Translations under genes and position numbers: made by a program
Source: Verrucomicrobiota bacterium
GTDB taxonomy: Bacteria; Verrucomicrobiota; Verrucomicrobiia; Verrucomicrobiales; Verrucomicrobiaceae
Direction of reading: 5' to 3'
Length of the DNA: 64,000 bases
Assembly: GCA_009885695.1 (NCBI GenBank)
Contig: VFKE01000091.1
Coordinates: 1,289 to 65,288, forward strand
The notes under the pieces: model-generated
The model's input: the letters and a program-made list of their open reading frames with translations, nothing else
What the model was told of the DNA's origin: nothing
The model's database searches: none
Shown: piece after piece, positions 12,201-19,254 of the stretch
Layout of the letters: each line of letters opens with the position of its first letter
Numbering within the stretch: position 1 is the first letter of the stretch

Positions 12201-14907
12201 CGGTGGGAGGCGAGATGTTAAACACCGAAAGGTTCACCGTGCCGCCGGGCACGGTGATGCTGCCCTGCACGTCGATGTTGGCGCCGCTCATGGTGATCGA
12301 TCCCTTCGGCGTCACGATCAAGGCCGAGGAGCGCGGCACCTTGATGTCACCGTCGTAATTGGTCAGTGTAAAGATGCCAAAGCCCCGGACGCTGAACAGG
12401 TCGGGGTTTAAGATCACGTCCGCGATCCGGTCCGCGCGCAACGGCAAGGGGTTTCCCGCACCATCAAGGGCGAAGGGATCGGCGGGCGACAGACGCCCTT
12501 CCTCGAAGGAAACGGTTGGCGGTGTGGGGGAAAACTTGGGATAGGGCGTGGCTAGTTGCTGCGCTTCGAAGGCAATGGAGAGCGTTCCCGGATCGGGCGG
12601 ACTGCTGCGCTCGCGCGGACCCGCGACCGTGTTGCCAAAGAAATCGCCATCGAGGGCCATCGCACCCGCTTGCAGGTTGAGAATGCCGCCATCCGCGCCC
12701 TGCGTGTAGGGCTGCTCATAATGTTCGCCCAGCATCCACGGGATCTTGTAGGTATTGGTCACGCCCCAGCGCGGATGGCTTTCCGTGAAGGTGCCGGTGA
12801 AGATTCCCTGGTAGAGCCGGTTGGGCGTGGCATCGGCGATTTCGATGAGGTGGTTCGCGTAGAGCACGCGCGTTGTCGTCACATGGCCGCCTCCGAAGTT
12901 GATGAAGCCGCCGGAGACATCAACCAATGCGCCGGGCTGGAGCACGACCGAGTCGCCCGCGCTCAAGGTCACCGTGCCGCCGGCGGTGGTGAGTTCGCCG
13001 ACGGTGCGCTCGATCAGGCCGAGGTAGCCTGAGAGATCGGCCAGGGGCGTGCCATACCAGGTCCGGCCGTTGTAGGTTCCCGTTTTGCGGAGATCGACGG
13101 TGATGCTGGGGTTGCTGCCATCACCGGGACGAAAAATACTGGTGCGCTGCAAAGGTGAATCCGCGAATTCCGCACCGCGCAGCGTGACGCTGAGGATATA
13201 CTGCGAGAGCGGCGCGGCAATGTCGGTGGAGCCGGCCACATTGATCATGGCACCGCGGTCCAGATAAATCTGTCCGCCGGAATTCACAAAGGCGCTCCGT
13301 GCCGCGCTTGCTTCCTGCACATAATTCCAGACGCCCGCATTGGCCTTGAGTACCGCGCTCGGTGCCAGGATGACGGCGCCGGGGGCCAGGTAAATCGATT
13401 TACCCTGAAGATTGGCTTGCGAACGAAGGGATAATTGTGAGCCCACGGCCTTCTCGGTGCTGTCCCACTCAGGAAGAATCTGCGTCAGACTGGAAGGTCC
13501 GAGCATCACATCGCCCGCAGAGGTGTAATGAAACGGCGGCTCAGTGGATCTCACCGGGTCGTAAAAGACGTTGCGCAATGCACCGTAACTGGCGATCAGA
13601 TCGATGCGTCCGTTGAGAGATACCGAGGTGCTGCTGTTGATGGCGGCGAGCTGGTTGACGGTCTTGCCGGTGATCGTGACGTTGCCGCGCAAGGCTTCGA
13701 TGAGCCCGGTGTTCGTCGCCGTACCGGCATAGGGCGCGAGCACCGACGTGGGATCCGTCACCACGCCGACATAGACATCGAGTCCGCGCAAGCTCGGATC
13801 ACTTGAGCTATGGGCGTCAATTCCCACCTGCAAACCCGCTGCCAGAATGGTCTGGCCATCGAGCGTTGAAATGCTGCCGGCGTTCGTCACGTTGGCGCCC
13901 ACGAGCATGATTCTGCCGCCGACCTTGGCAGCAGACGTAGGTGCGGTCAGTTGTGCGCCGGGCTGGACAGTCACGTCGCCATAGCGTCCGCCGGGCGGTG
14001 GCGCAGGCGGAGTGAAAGCGGGCGTCGGGCCTTTCGATCCCGCCGGAATGGCCAGCGCGCTGAAGAGGAACTGCGCGTCCGGGTTGTTGAGCAGACCGCG
14101 GGTGATCAGGTTCTCGTTAAGGGGCAGGGACGAGGCCACCAGCGTGTGGGTGTTAACCTGGCTGCTGCCGCCGAAGATGATGCCGTTCTGGTTGATGACA
14201 TAGACCTGCCCGGAAGCCGTGATGGAACCGAGGATCTGCGAGGGCTGGCCGGAAGGATCGTTGACTTTATTGAAAGCCACCCACTGGCTAACATCTGCCC
14301 CGCCGTCGCTCTGATCAAATTTGAGGGTCGTGTTCTTGCCGATGTTGAACTTGCTCCAGTTGATCAGCGCCTGCTGGACGTTCTGCTTCACGGTCACCTG
14401 GGTTCCGCGGCCTCCGCTCCCTTGAGTGGGAGCGCTGGCTCCGGTGGCGCTGACAAACTGCAATCCACCCGGTGCCAGCCCGTCTGGCACATTGGGAAGT
14501 TGCAGTGCGGGATTGTTGGGATTGACGCCGAGGTTGTTGGCACCGGCCCGCGCCGCTGCTTGCGCGGCTGCCTGCATGGCCTTCACTGAATTGAGCGCCT
14601 GCGACGTGCGGGCCATGGCGTCCCTGGCATTGGACCGGGCTTGCGCGGCGGCGGCGGGATTGGTTCCGTATCCGGACGTGGGTCGTGCGACATTGGCCGG
14701 GGCGCCGCCCCGAAGGATGTCGCCTGCGCGGGATCCTGGCAGCAGGGCGCAAGCCAACAGAGCCGTTATGCCCGCGACCGCGGGCAATCGCGGCCACTTG
14801 GGCGGGAACGGCCTGCGATCCTGATGCGGGCTTATTTGATGGAAAAGCATCGGTATTGACCGAGAACTGGCGGCGGATTTTAGACGGGTTGGCCACCGGG
14901 AACACAA
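3271..14907 (-). CDS. giant two-partner-secretion exoprotein (TpsA, filamentous haemagglutinin family, PdtA-like), 3878 aa
   Basis: N-terminal TPS (haemagglutination activity) domain: ALINWSKFNIGKNTTLKFDQ...ILGSITASGQVYVINQNGIIFGGSSQVN. Thousands of residues of G/S/T/N/A-rich beta-helix-type repeats follow. The C-terminal module reads RGGDIVIWSSAGDIAAG...VDAGDAGIRATGNLNIAA...ITVEVLGYGG. An alternative start at 14850 (MLFHQ...) precedes the signal peptide LPAVAGITALLACALLPGSRA. Confidence 0.9.
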   Translation of the reverse strand: MCSRWPTRLKSAASSRSIPMLFHQISPHQDRRPFPPKWPRLPAVAGITALLACALLPGSRAGDILRGGAPANVARPTSGYGTNPAAAAQARSNARDAMARTSQALNSVKAMQAAAQAAARAGANNLGVNPNNPALQLPNVPDGLAPGGLQFVSATGASAPTQGSGGRGTQVTVKQNVQQALINWSKFNIGKNTTLKFDQSDGGADVSQWVAFNKVNDPSGQPSQILGSITASGQVYVINQNGIIFGGSSQVNTHTLVASSLPLNENLITRGLLNNPDAQFLFSALAIPAGSKGPTPAFTPPAPPPGGRYGDVTVQPGAQLTAPTSAAKVGGRIMLVGANVTNAGSISTLDGQTILAAGLQVGIDAHSSSDPSLRGLDVYVGVVTDPTSVLAPYAGTATNTGLIEALRGNVTITGKTVNQLAAINSSTSVSLNGRIDLIASYGALRNVFYDPVRSTEPPFHYTSAGDVMLGPSSLTQILPEWDSTEKAVGSQLSLRSQANLQGKSIYLAPGAVILAPSAVLKANAGVWNYVQEASAARSAFVNSGGQIYLDRGAMINVAGSTDIAAPLSQYILSVTLRGAEFADSPLQRTSIFRPGDGSNPSITVDLRKTGTYNGRTWYGTPLADLSGYLGLIERTVGELTTAGGTVTLSAGDSVVLQPGALVDVSGGFINFGGGHVTTTRVLYANHLIEIADATPNRLYQGIFTGTFTESHPRWGVTNTYKIPWMLGEHYEQPYTQGADGGILNLQAGAMALDGDFFGNTVAGPRERSSPPDPGTLSIAFEAQQLATPYPKFSPTPPTVSFEEGRLSPADPFALDGAGNPLPLRADRIADVILNPDLFSVRGFGIFTLTNYDGDIKVPRSSALIVTPKGSITMSGANIDVQGSITVPGGTVNLSVFNISPPTADSLRASAGSVTPPPNADRGNFALGSSGAINTAGLIIDDRMSSRSPGSLPLVTNGGAVSITTYNADLSKGSLIDVSGGVAVSTAGKMNYGDAGSISIKAGQDPNLKSVLGGHLKLGGTLLGFSGAKGGSLTLQAPVIQIGGTSPSVNALLLKPDFFSESGFASFTLIGLGEATGNSDEMIPGVSVAAGTVIAPEVKSYLALPHEWESGGVVMVPVLKPEGLRSPLSLTLSAPGVQNDFTGLLTVRGDIIIGAGSRIQTDALGSVTLGGHTVAVFGSIIAPGGAISISGSSNSLSTFASRPEAELRALTTVHLAAGSLLSTAGKVVLLPDRWGHRTGYVLPGGTISVSGNIYAESGAKLDVSGASGILDLPPAYLGLNVPMNAPLLGSTLVPVTSGVNLPLYAAFTVPLRVDSSGGTITLKGGQQLFTAATLLGNAGGPTALGGNLSISSGRFYPLLSQPQDRKPTDVTLRVTQSDPGFTSGSSGIGLPVLDTTGGPILGGGQFAVNDFSRGGFDSLLLGGTLEFKGPVTINARRTIVAGVPSSSSSIDGGVIYADSNVQLTAPYVALGKPFEPPVQPLELQNSPPYIDGLSDPFNFLPTFGPGRLTVTADLIDVGNLSLQNIGVTVLIANGGDIRGQGTFDVAGSLLLRAGQIYPVTASPFTIVAHDYNPGGGTVSGSVIIEGSGVRPLPLSAGGTLNIYSSLITQGGTLRAPFGGINLGWDGTGTAPKDIITGQNVPVTKQLTLTAGSVTSVSGVDPRTGQGIIIPYGINPTGEAWIDPTGLDITAGGGPSKTVTISAQKLTTEAGSVIDISGGGDLYAYQWIRGNGGSQDILDSSTSFAVIPGYGFNYMPYAPFSITTTGATNLDGDSGYVNSSLSVGDRVFLNASQGLPAGTYTLLPARYALLPNAVLVTPQTGSPIGTFNLPDGSSLVNGYRYNDLNNSRSVPSIYSRFEVASSTVVRQRSQYADYFANSFLRESAIKLDQKAPRLPVDAGYLLLSATQAMAVQGSVLARGASSGRGGNIDISTPIEILISSNGASGGAGVLTLDSDLLNSYGADSLLIGGSRSFGTDSTTVNVRTNKITVDNAGTSLSGPEIILVSAQELIFATGASVLQTGSLSDAADTLLLGDAALPGSGNGVLLRVSSDPAAQIVRSGITSSNVPNLSVGAGVTLSGASLILDSTARMSIDPTAALIGQAITLDAGRISMQLTSPGSLQADPGLVLTGNVLSGLQSAQSLSLLSYSAFDIYGTGGFSTTGSLALHAAEIRGFNNGGGTVTLAAPTILLDNSPGRPSPGPVIAASGTLVFDASTITIGKGQLNIDQFSTVILNASGGILMQGAGGLAAQNALTANTPMLTGAKGATQSLTAGGALNLLKPPGTVASVSGGLGASIDLSGTTINISSDILLPSGILTVRATGGVAVSGTLNAGGTAQTFFDQVRYTEGGQITLASLTGNVDVAAGGFLNVAAQPGGGNAGRITINASAGAFNLAGTMAGSGGAGGLDGSFSLDVGSLPDYTTLNNTLNAASFSQSRTLRVRSGDVTVTGTGANATIARIFSLSTDQGSINVAGEINASGATGGKISLVAWRNVVLQSGSLVTVAAQDFNNAGKGGVVFLEVGSSVFSGGTYGAGPGAVLDIRSGSAVDLSVASNIPASTIAAAASTSISFPATANGFNTIIATSSGTITLVDGRTIPLAANVVSGVVQGQSVTLNSAGTITFGGSAASGEFTGTLRLRAPQNVAGTNLSVNPINGTITGASAITVEGYRIFTPAGGNITTAIQSSINTSLTTFGNNAITLRNSLLAANASVLSLTPITVVLPGAEVINRTGDLTLGTSSSAASVDWNLATFRYGANSVPGVLTMRAGGDIVLFNAISDGFTTSAYNSSLLTANAALPVNVQSWSYRFATGADFTAADIHGVQSLTALNTSFPNKGSLLIGKNGGLNSASSPGANATTTSAVNAGTGRFQVIRTGTGDIDISAGRNLQLLNQFASIYTVGVQVPDLTMRSTFDRPVPSMSGSSVGNLGANQQLPPYSAQYTFGGGNVSITAGADLLRQTRDISNNLIADSERELPMNWLYRRGYVDPVTGLFGRSRFGEVASTSWWVDFSNFFEGVGALGGGNVTLIAGRDVTNIDGLVPTNARMTGRSGVTAIAPDAANLVEFGGGDLTVQAGRNIDGGVYYVERGTGTLNAGGSITTNSTRSPSLTILNSSAPLAPETWLPTTLFLGKGGFNVSARGDLLLGPVANPFLLPQGYSNTYWYKTYFSTYAPTSFVNVSSLGGSVTFRESVTLPATNSSGVTTPTLLAFMQREHLLVTSGANVTASNSQPWLRLSEDNLTAFNTVATLMPATLRATAFSGDINLVGSINLSPSPTGTADLLAAGAFNALQHNGTATINSSTVNVWISGRINLSDASPSAVSGITSPFAYQSLVGVSLAARSSSTSSLGLTFLSRIDSLFAETGSTTGSAAVIQTKQALHTQGLLHAGDTEPLRIYAGSGDISGLTLFSGKESRIISGNDITDIEFYLQNVAEDDVTVVASGRDIIASNSNSPLRVAARAPGNVLSGSDTINAGDIQINGPGTLEVLAGRNLDLGALAGNADGTGVGITSIGNGRNPYLPFEGAAIIAGAGLGGAGGLDGGAFDFDSFITQYVSGPQGAAYLTELAKTYPGLTTSSFASLPEDEQHRIALEVFYLVLRDAGRNQTTGIGGYETGFAAIATLFPNPGQGNIVTQSRDIRTRSGGSINLLAPGGGLTLQTTDTGSSLAPPGIITESGGSINIFTNDSVNLGISRIFTLRGGDIVIWSSAGDIAAGASSKTVASAPPTRVLIDPQSADVKTDLAGLATGGGIGVLATVAGVEPGNVDLIAPTGVVDAGDAGIRATGNLNIAATAVLNASNIAVSGASSGTPTAPVVSAPNIGGLTAAGNAAGASTSAAADAMKQSTPTTAETPAETPSMITVEVLGYGGSDPADENDEEKKRRKQL

Positions 14908-14943
14908 TCGAAAGGTGACGATTTCGACACACTATATTTTGTA

Positions 14944-15029
14944 GCAAGGGCGTGTTGCCCTTGCGATGCCGCCGGGGTAGAAGCGACGCCCTCGTCGCTT
15001 CGTCCGGTGCTGGCGACGCCCTCGTCGCC
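14944..15029. repeat. cluster of three GC-rich hairpins just upstream of the TpsA start
   Basis: GCAAGGGC-gtgtt-GCCCTTGC (14944..14964), AGCGACG-ccct-CGTCGCT (14982..14999) and GGCGACG-ccct-CGTCGCC (15012..15029). The GTAGCAAGGGC core recurs at 19142. Confidence 0.7.
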
Positions 15030-15129
15030 AGGCTCCCTGCCTGAGCTTGACGCGCTTTGAAACACCAGTTCAAGCGGCGTGGGTGCCGCTGCTACTTTTC
15101 AGTCTCGCACTTCACGTCAGGCACAGGCG

Positions 15130-15933
15130 CTACTTTGCTTGCTTCAACTGCTCCTCGTAGGCTTTCCGCGCGATTTCGTTGTGATAGGTCATGTAATAGG
15201 TTGCACCCATCAGGGATCTCATCATTTCGTCAGCATTGCGCTGGGCTCGGGTCCAGCGGGCGTGATACTGGGGATCCGTGGGATTCTGATGGGGACCGCC
15301 GATATCTTTGACGAAATTCTGGCTGATCTGGTTGATGGTCTGTTCTTGGGCCGGGGTCGGCGGTGGCAGAGGGCTGCGGGCATTGCTCACGGCGCGGCCT
15401 TTGCCGCCGGGTGGCGTAGCGGCCGGATTCTGAAACACCAGCGGATATTGGATGCGCACCTGCTTGGCCCTTGCTGCCAGGCTGCCGGGAACCGTGGCTT
15501 CTGAGATTTGGTTCTTCTTCGGATCTTGCAACAGGCCCGCCAGCACCGTGCTCTGTTCCTGTTCGAGCTTTCGGATTTCCGAGGGCAGCGGATTATGTCC
15601 TGCGCTCGACCGCAACTGGCGCTGTTTGTCGGCATACAATTCGCTGACCTCGCCCTGAACGATCTGGCGGATGGTCGGCTCCGGGCAGCCGATGCTGCGG
15701 AGGTTGGTGATGAAGGTGGCGTAATCGTCCGCCTCCATCTGGTTCCAATGGAAAGGGGTGGCCTTGGGTGATTCGGGGCGCGCGGGCGCGGCAGCTGCCG
15801 GGGAAATCTTGGATGCCGCAACGGTTGGCGCACTGACCGGGCGATTCTGTGCAGGCCGGAAAATTACCAAGCCAGCTACGAGAGCAAGGAGTACTCCATT
15901 CAGGGCCAAAGATGCGGTGAGCTGTTTTTTCAT
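15130..15933 (-). CDS. hypothetical membrane-anchored, Pro-rich protein
   Basis: 267-aa ORF with an N-terminal TM/signal segment (MKKQLTASLALNGVLLALVAGLVIF) and protein-like composition. I recognise no domain. Confidence 0.6.
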   Translation of the reverse strand: MKKQLTASLALNGVLLALVAGLVIFRPAQNRPVSAPTVAASKISPAAAAPARPESPKATPFHWNQMEADDYATFITNLRSIGCPEPTIRQIVQGEVSELYADKQRQLRSSAGHNPLPSEIRKLEQEQSTVLAGLLQDPKKNQISEATVPGSLAARAKQVRIQYPLVFQNPAATPPGGKGRAVSNARSPLPPPTPAQEQTINQISQNFVKDIGGPHQNPTDPQYHARWTRAQRNADEMMRSLMGATYYMTYHNEIARKAYEEQLKQAK

Positions 15934-16032
15934 GATGGGAGGCGGGTAGTTCTTATTATAAAGAAAAACTGGCGGGAGTCTTGCAACTCCCGCCAGTTCA
16001 CTTGGATAATCCTAAAACGAAGGGGATTCGAC

Positions 16033-17958
16033 TTAGTATTTCAGCGAGATGGGCTGACCCACTTCCGAGCGGGTAACGCGCGTATCTGCATCATCGGGCA
16101 GACCGGAGACAGCGCCAAGGTCGGTGCTGGAGCTGGTGATCCTCGCCACGAGGGCGCTTTTCACGGCAGTCTGGTCGGGGGTCAGGGTGCGGTATCCGAT
16201 GCGCGCGTAGGACCAGTAGGAATACTGGCCGCTGCGGGTTGTTGCTGGCAGGAACTGGGTGGCTGTGACCACGTTGTTCGTCAGTGTGCCCACGTTGGTG
16301 GTGACGGAGCTGAGGGTGATGGTGCTGGCGGTGAGGCCAGTCACCGTGGTGCCGGGAGCGATTCCCGTGCCCGCCATCAACTGGCCTACGATAACTCCAT
16401 CCGTGATCGGATTGGTGGCTGTGGTCAGCGTGGTGACGCCCGCGCCCTGGCTGGCGATGGTGTAGATTTTTTGAGCACCGCCTACGCAGCTGGCACCCTC
16501 ATAGGTGAGGTAGCGGCAGCCGACGTTGGTTCCACCAGAGATGCCGGAGCCGGTGCCGTTGACAGCCCGGTCTGCGTCCGAGAGACCCAGATAGGCCACT
16601 AAGCAGCTCTGGTCCGAGTAGTTGAAGGCAGCCTGGAGGCCGAAGGGGTCACTGGCGCCGTTGGTGACCGTGCGCAACTGGTCGGCAAGGGTGCCGCCGC
16701 TGGACTGACCGCCGTTGCCGGAATCCGGGCAGGAATAAAGGGCCGTCGCGACGCCACCGGAGACGTTGCCGATGGTGACGGTCGCGGAGCCATTTACGGT
16801 CACAGCATTGCTGATCTCGATCGTGGGGCCGGTCACGTTCGTCACCGCAGGGGTGGCGGTGAAGGTGAGAGAGCCAGTGGTCGCAGTCGCATTTTTGTCG
16901 ATTTCCAGCGTGGTACCGTTGGTGATGGACGCGATGGTGGTGTCGGCCGGAATATTGGTTCCGGAGAACGCCATGCCGGGAGCGAGACCTGCGGTGCTTG
17001 TCACGGTGACGGTCGTGGAAGCGATGGTGGTCGCGCCGCCTGCCAGGTTGCTGCCGCCAAAGGTGGTGCTGCCGGCTGGGATGCCGGTGCCGCTGATGCG
17101 CTTGCCAATCATGTTCGCGGAGATGCCGGCCTGATCGGCTGCATTAACCGCGAGTTCCATGGGGTTGTTGGGGGGAACCACGCTCGTGTTCGTGGTCACG
17201 CGGACGGAAGCGGTGGGCTGGAGCTGGACGACGAGGTTGTTAGCGCCGTAAGCCGTCTCCGAAAGGGCGCAGGTGCGGGTGCCCGAACCATTGTCACGAC
17301 CTGCTGCATAAACCACTATGCCGGTCGGGTTGTTGGATCCGTCGGCGTTGACCGGGGAGTCTGCCGGGTTGCCGGTGAAGGCGGAGGCTGAGAGGTAACC
17401 CGTGGCGAGTAACTGACGCGCATTCTGAGCGGTCATGTTAGTGAGCCCGGCCGGAGCGTTCCTGCTGGCTACCCAGACGAAGGGCAGAATGCCAACTCTC
17501 TCGTCAGTAATGGGATTGGCCTGGAAGGGCGTGAGCGCCTGGGAGTTGTCCATCATGATGCAGTCCGGCGCATTGCCGGATTCCGTGATGCCGCCTGTCT
17601 GGCTGGCAGCGCCCGCGAGAGTGGCACCGGTGGCATCCGCATAATAGACGGTGGTCGTCGTGCCGTTGGCCATGACTGAGATGCCGTTGGTGGAACCCGA
17701 CCATGTGCACTTGATGGTCACGACACCAAGGCCGGGCTGGCCGGAGATGGTGCCTCGGAACAAGGTGTTGGTGGACCCCGCGAGAGTCGAGCCGCTATAT
17801 TTATAGATGGGGGTGGTCAGCATGTCTCGCATGGCGAGGTGGGCTGCCGCACGCAAGGCGGTGGAGCCGGTGAAGCGCAACGTGACGTCGGCGGATGCCT
17901 GGCTGACCAGGGCAAGGGCGACCGAACCGGCCGCAAGGAGTGTTTTGAAGGATTTCAT
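16033..17958 (-). CDS. secreted periplasmic-binding-protein-like (PstS/PBP_like_2-type) protein with Thr/Gly-rich repeat insertions
   Basis: Signal peptide MKSFKTLLAAGSVALALVSQASA. PBP-type motifs occur in the expected order: FTGSTAL, WSGSTNG, MMDNSQ, LPFVWVASRN, LTNMTAQNARQLL, GRDNGSGTR, YSYWSYARIGY. They are interrupted by repeats of the form G(T/S)GIPxGTT / TNIPADTTI. Confidence 0.55.
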   Translation of the reverse strand: MKSFKTLLAAGSVALALVSQASADVTLRFTGSTALRAAAHLAMRDMLTTPIYKYSGSTLAGSTNTLFRGTISGQPGLGVVTIKCTWSGSTNGISVMANGTTTTVYYADATGATLAGAASQTGGITESGNAPDCIMMDNSQALTPFQANPITDERVGILPFVWVASRNAPAGLTNMTAQNARQLLATGYLSASAFTGNPADSPVNADGSNNPTGIVVYAAGRDNGSGTRTCALSETAYGANNLVVQLQPTASVRVTTNTSVVPPNNPMELAVNAADQAGISANMIGKRISGTGIPAGSTTFGGSNLAGGATTIASTTVTVTSTAGLAPGMAFSGTNIPADTTIASITNGTTLEIDKNATATTGSLTFTATPAVTNVTGPTIEISNAVTVNGSATVTIGNVSGGVATALYSCPDSGNGGQSSGGTLADQLRTVTNGASDPFGLQAAFNYSDQSCLVAYLGLSDADRAVNGTGSGISGGTNVGCRYLTYEGASCVGGAQKIYTIASQGAGVTTLTTATNPITDGVIVGQLMAGTGIAPGTTVTGLTASTITLSSVTTNVGTLTNNVVTATQFLPATTRSGQYSYWSYARIGYRTLTPDQTAVKSALVARITSSSTDLGAVSGLPDDADTRVTRSEVGQPISLKY

Positions 17959-18063
17959 ATTTTTATTAGTGATCGTGAGGTGTTTGAGTGTTCTTGATTT
18001 TGTCTAGGGGTGCCAGGCTGGTAAGGGCCTGACGGCAGGGTTTGGTTTATTGGGGATGAGGTT

Positions 18064-18897
18064 TCAGGCGGCACGGACTGGACGGCGGCGGCGCAGCAGC
18101 AGCGAGCCAAGGCCGAATGCGAGGAGCAGAGCGCGGCTGGGTTCAGGGACGGCGGCAGGACCGTTGTTGCCATAGCTGAGCACGCCCGTGTTGCTGATGG
18201 TGAAGGTGCCTTCGTAGGTGCCAGTGCCGGAGCCGGGTACCATGCGGAACAGATCCAGGGCGGCCGTAGCCAGACCGGCGTCAAGCGGGCCATCAAGAGG
18301 GCCTTGGAGACCGTTGAAGTAGCCGAAGCTCGTGCTGCCGGGATTCTGGGCTGCCCAGTTGATCGTGTTCCCGACGGTTGGCTGCCTGAGGACGTTGGTG
18401 TTTATACCGACCGTCGAGATTGTGGCGGAGTTATACTCAGCTCCCAAGGTCTGGATTAACGCCCCTGGGGTGCCTTGGGTTCCGCTGGCAGCCCGTGCAT
18501 AGCCTGTTCCGATCGTGTCAAAGACCGCTTCGGGTTTGCTGGCATAAAGCGTGTTGAGGATGTCGCCGTTTATGCCGAGGTTTTGGTTCACCCGGCCCAC
18601 AAGACCCCAATTTATTTGCGAGAGTTTCGTGGCGTTGGTGGCCCAGTCGCTGCCGAATACTGCCGAGAGATCCGCGTTGATGCTGCCGACGGACAATGAG
18701 AGGATATCGGACACCTGGTTCTTGAAGAACGCGGCAGAGCCGAGATTGACCACCATAGCGGTCGTGATGCTAGGATCGGTAGAGCGGAAGCCGAGGAGCA
18801 AGTCCCCGCCTGCGTAAGTAGCGGCCGCTGCCGGAGCAGCGGATATGGCGAGCGCAGCGAAAACTGCGGCCATCGATTTTTTGATTTGGTTTTTCAT
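18064..18897 (-). CDS. PEP-CTERM sorting-domain secreted protein
   Basis: C-terminus VPEPSRALLLAFGLGSLLLRRRRP is a PEP motif, TM helix and Arg cluster. The plausible start is MKNQIKKSMAAVFAALAISAAPAAA at 18897. The track ORF extends to 19206, but that extension covers hairpin repeats. Confidence 0.8.
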   Translation of the reverse strand: MKNQIKKSMAAVFAALAISAAPAAAATYAGGDLLLGFRSTDPSITTAMVVNLGSAAFFKNQVSDILSLSVGSINADLSAVFGSDWATNATKLSQINWGLVGRVNQNLGINGDILNTLYASKPEAVFDTIGTGYARAASGTQGTPGALIQTLGAEYNSATISTVGINTNVLRQPTVGNTINWAAQNPGSTSFGYFNGLQGPLDGPLDAGLATAALDLFRMVPGSGTGTYEGTFTISNTGVLSYGNNGPAAVPEPSRALLLAFGLGSLLLRRRRPVRAA

Positions 18898-19144
18898 GTG
18901 GTTTATTTGGGGTGGATGAGGTGGGGTTTTTGGGGATGCGGATCGGTTGACTTGTGAGGATGACTTTGTTTTTTGCTGTTGAATTGAAATCATCGGAGCA
19001 GTGATTCCGCTTCCGATGTGCATCATCCAAGCAGGCAGTCGTAATGAGGTCGAGTCGTTTGCGGTTACGTTATCGTCACTTACGCCAGCCTCCGGGACCG
19101 GCCCCAGCACGGGGCGACGTCCATGTTCTGCGGCAGCCATCGTA

Positions 19145-19196
19145 GCAAGGGCATCCTGCCCTTGTCCAGGTGACGGCAAGGGCATCCTGCCCTTGC
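19145..19196. repeat. two tandem GCAAGGGC-atcct-GCCCTTGC hairpins
   Basis: CAAGGGC/GCCCTTG stems at 19146..19164 and 19176..19196. Same family as the hairpin at 14944. Confidence 0.7.
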
Positions 19197-19254
19197 TGCT
19201 TTTCAAGCCGGTAACTCAGCCATCATGGCTTAGTTATTTTTCAACAGGATGCCA

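Noticed and set aside
18898-19206. N-terminal 103-codon extension of the PEP-CTERM ORF
   Set aside because: The extension runs through the GCAAGGGC hairpin repeats, and a proper signal peptide begins at the internal Met at 18897.
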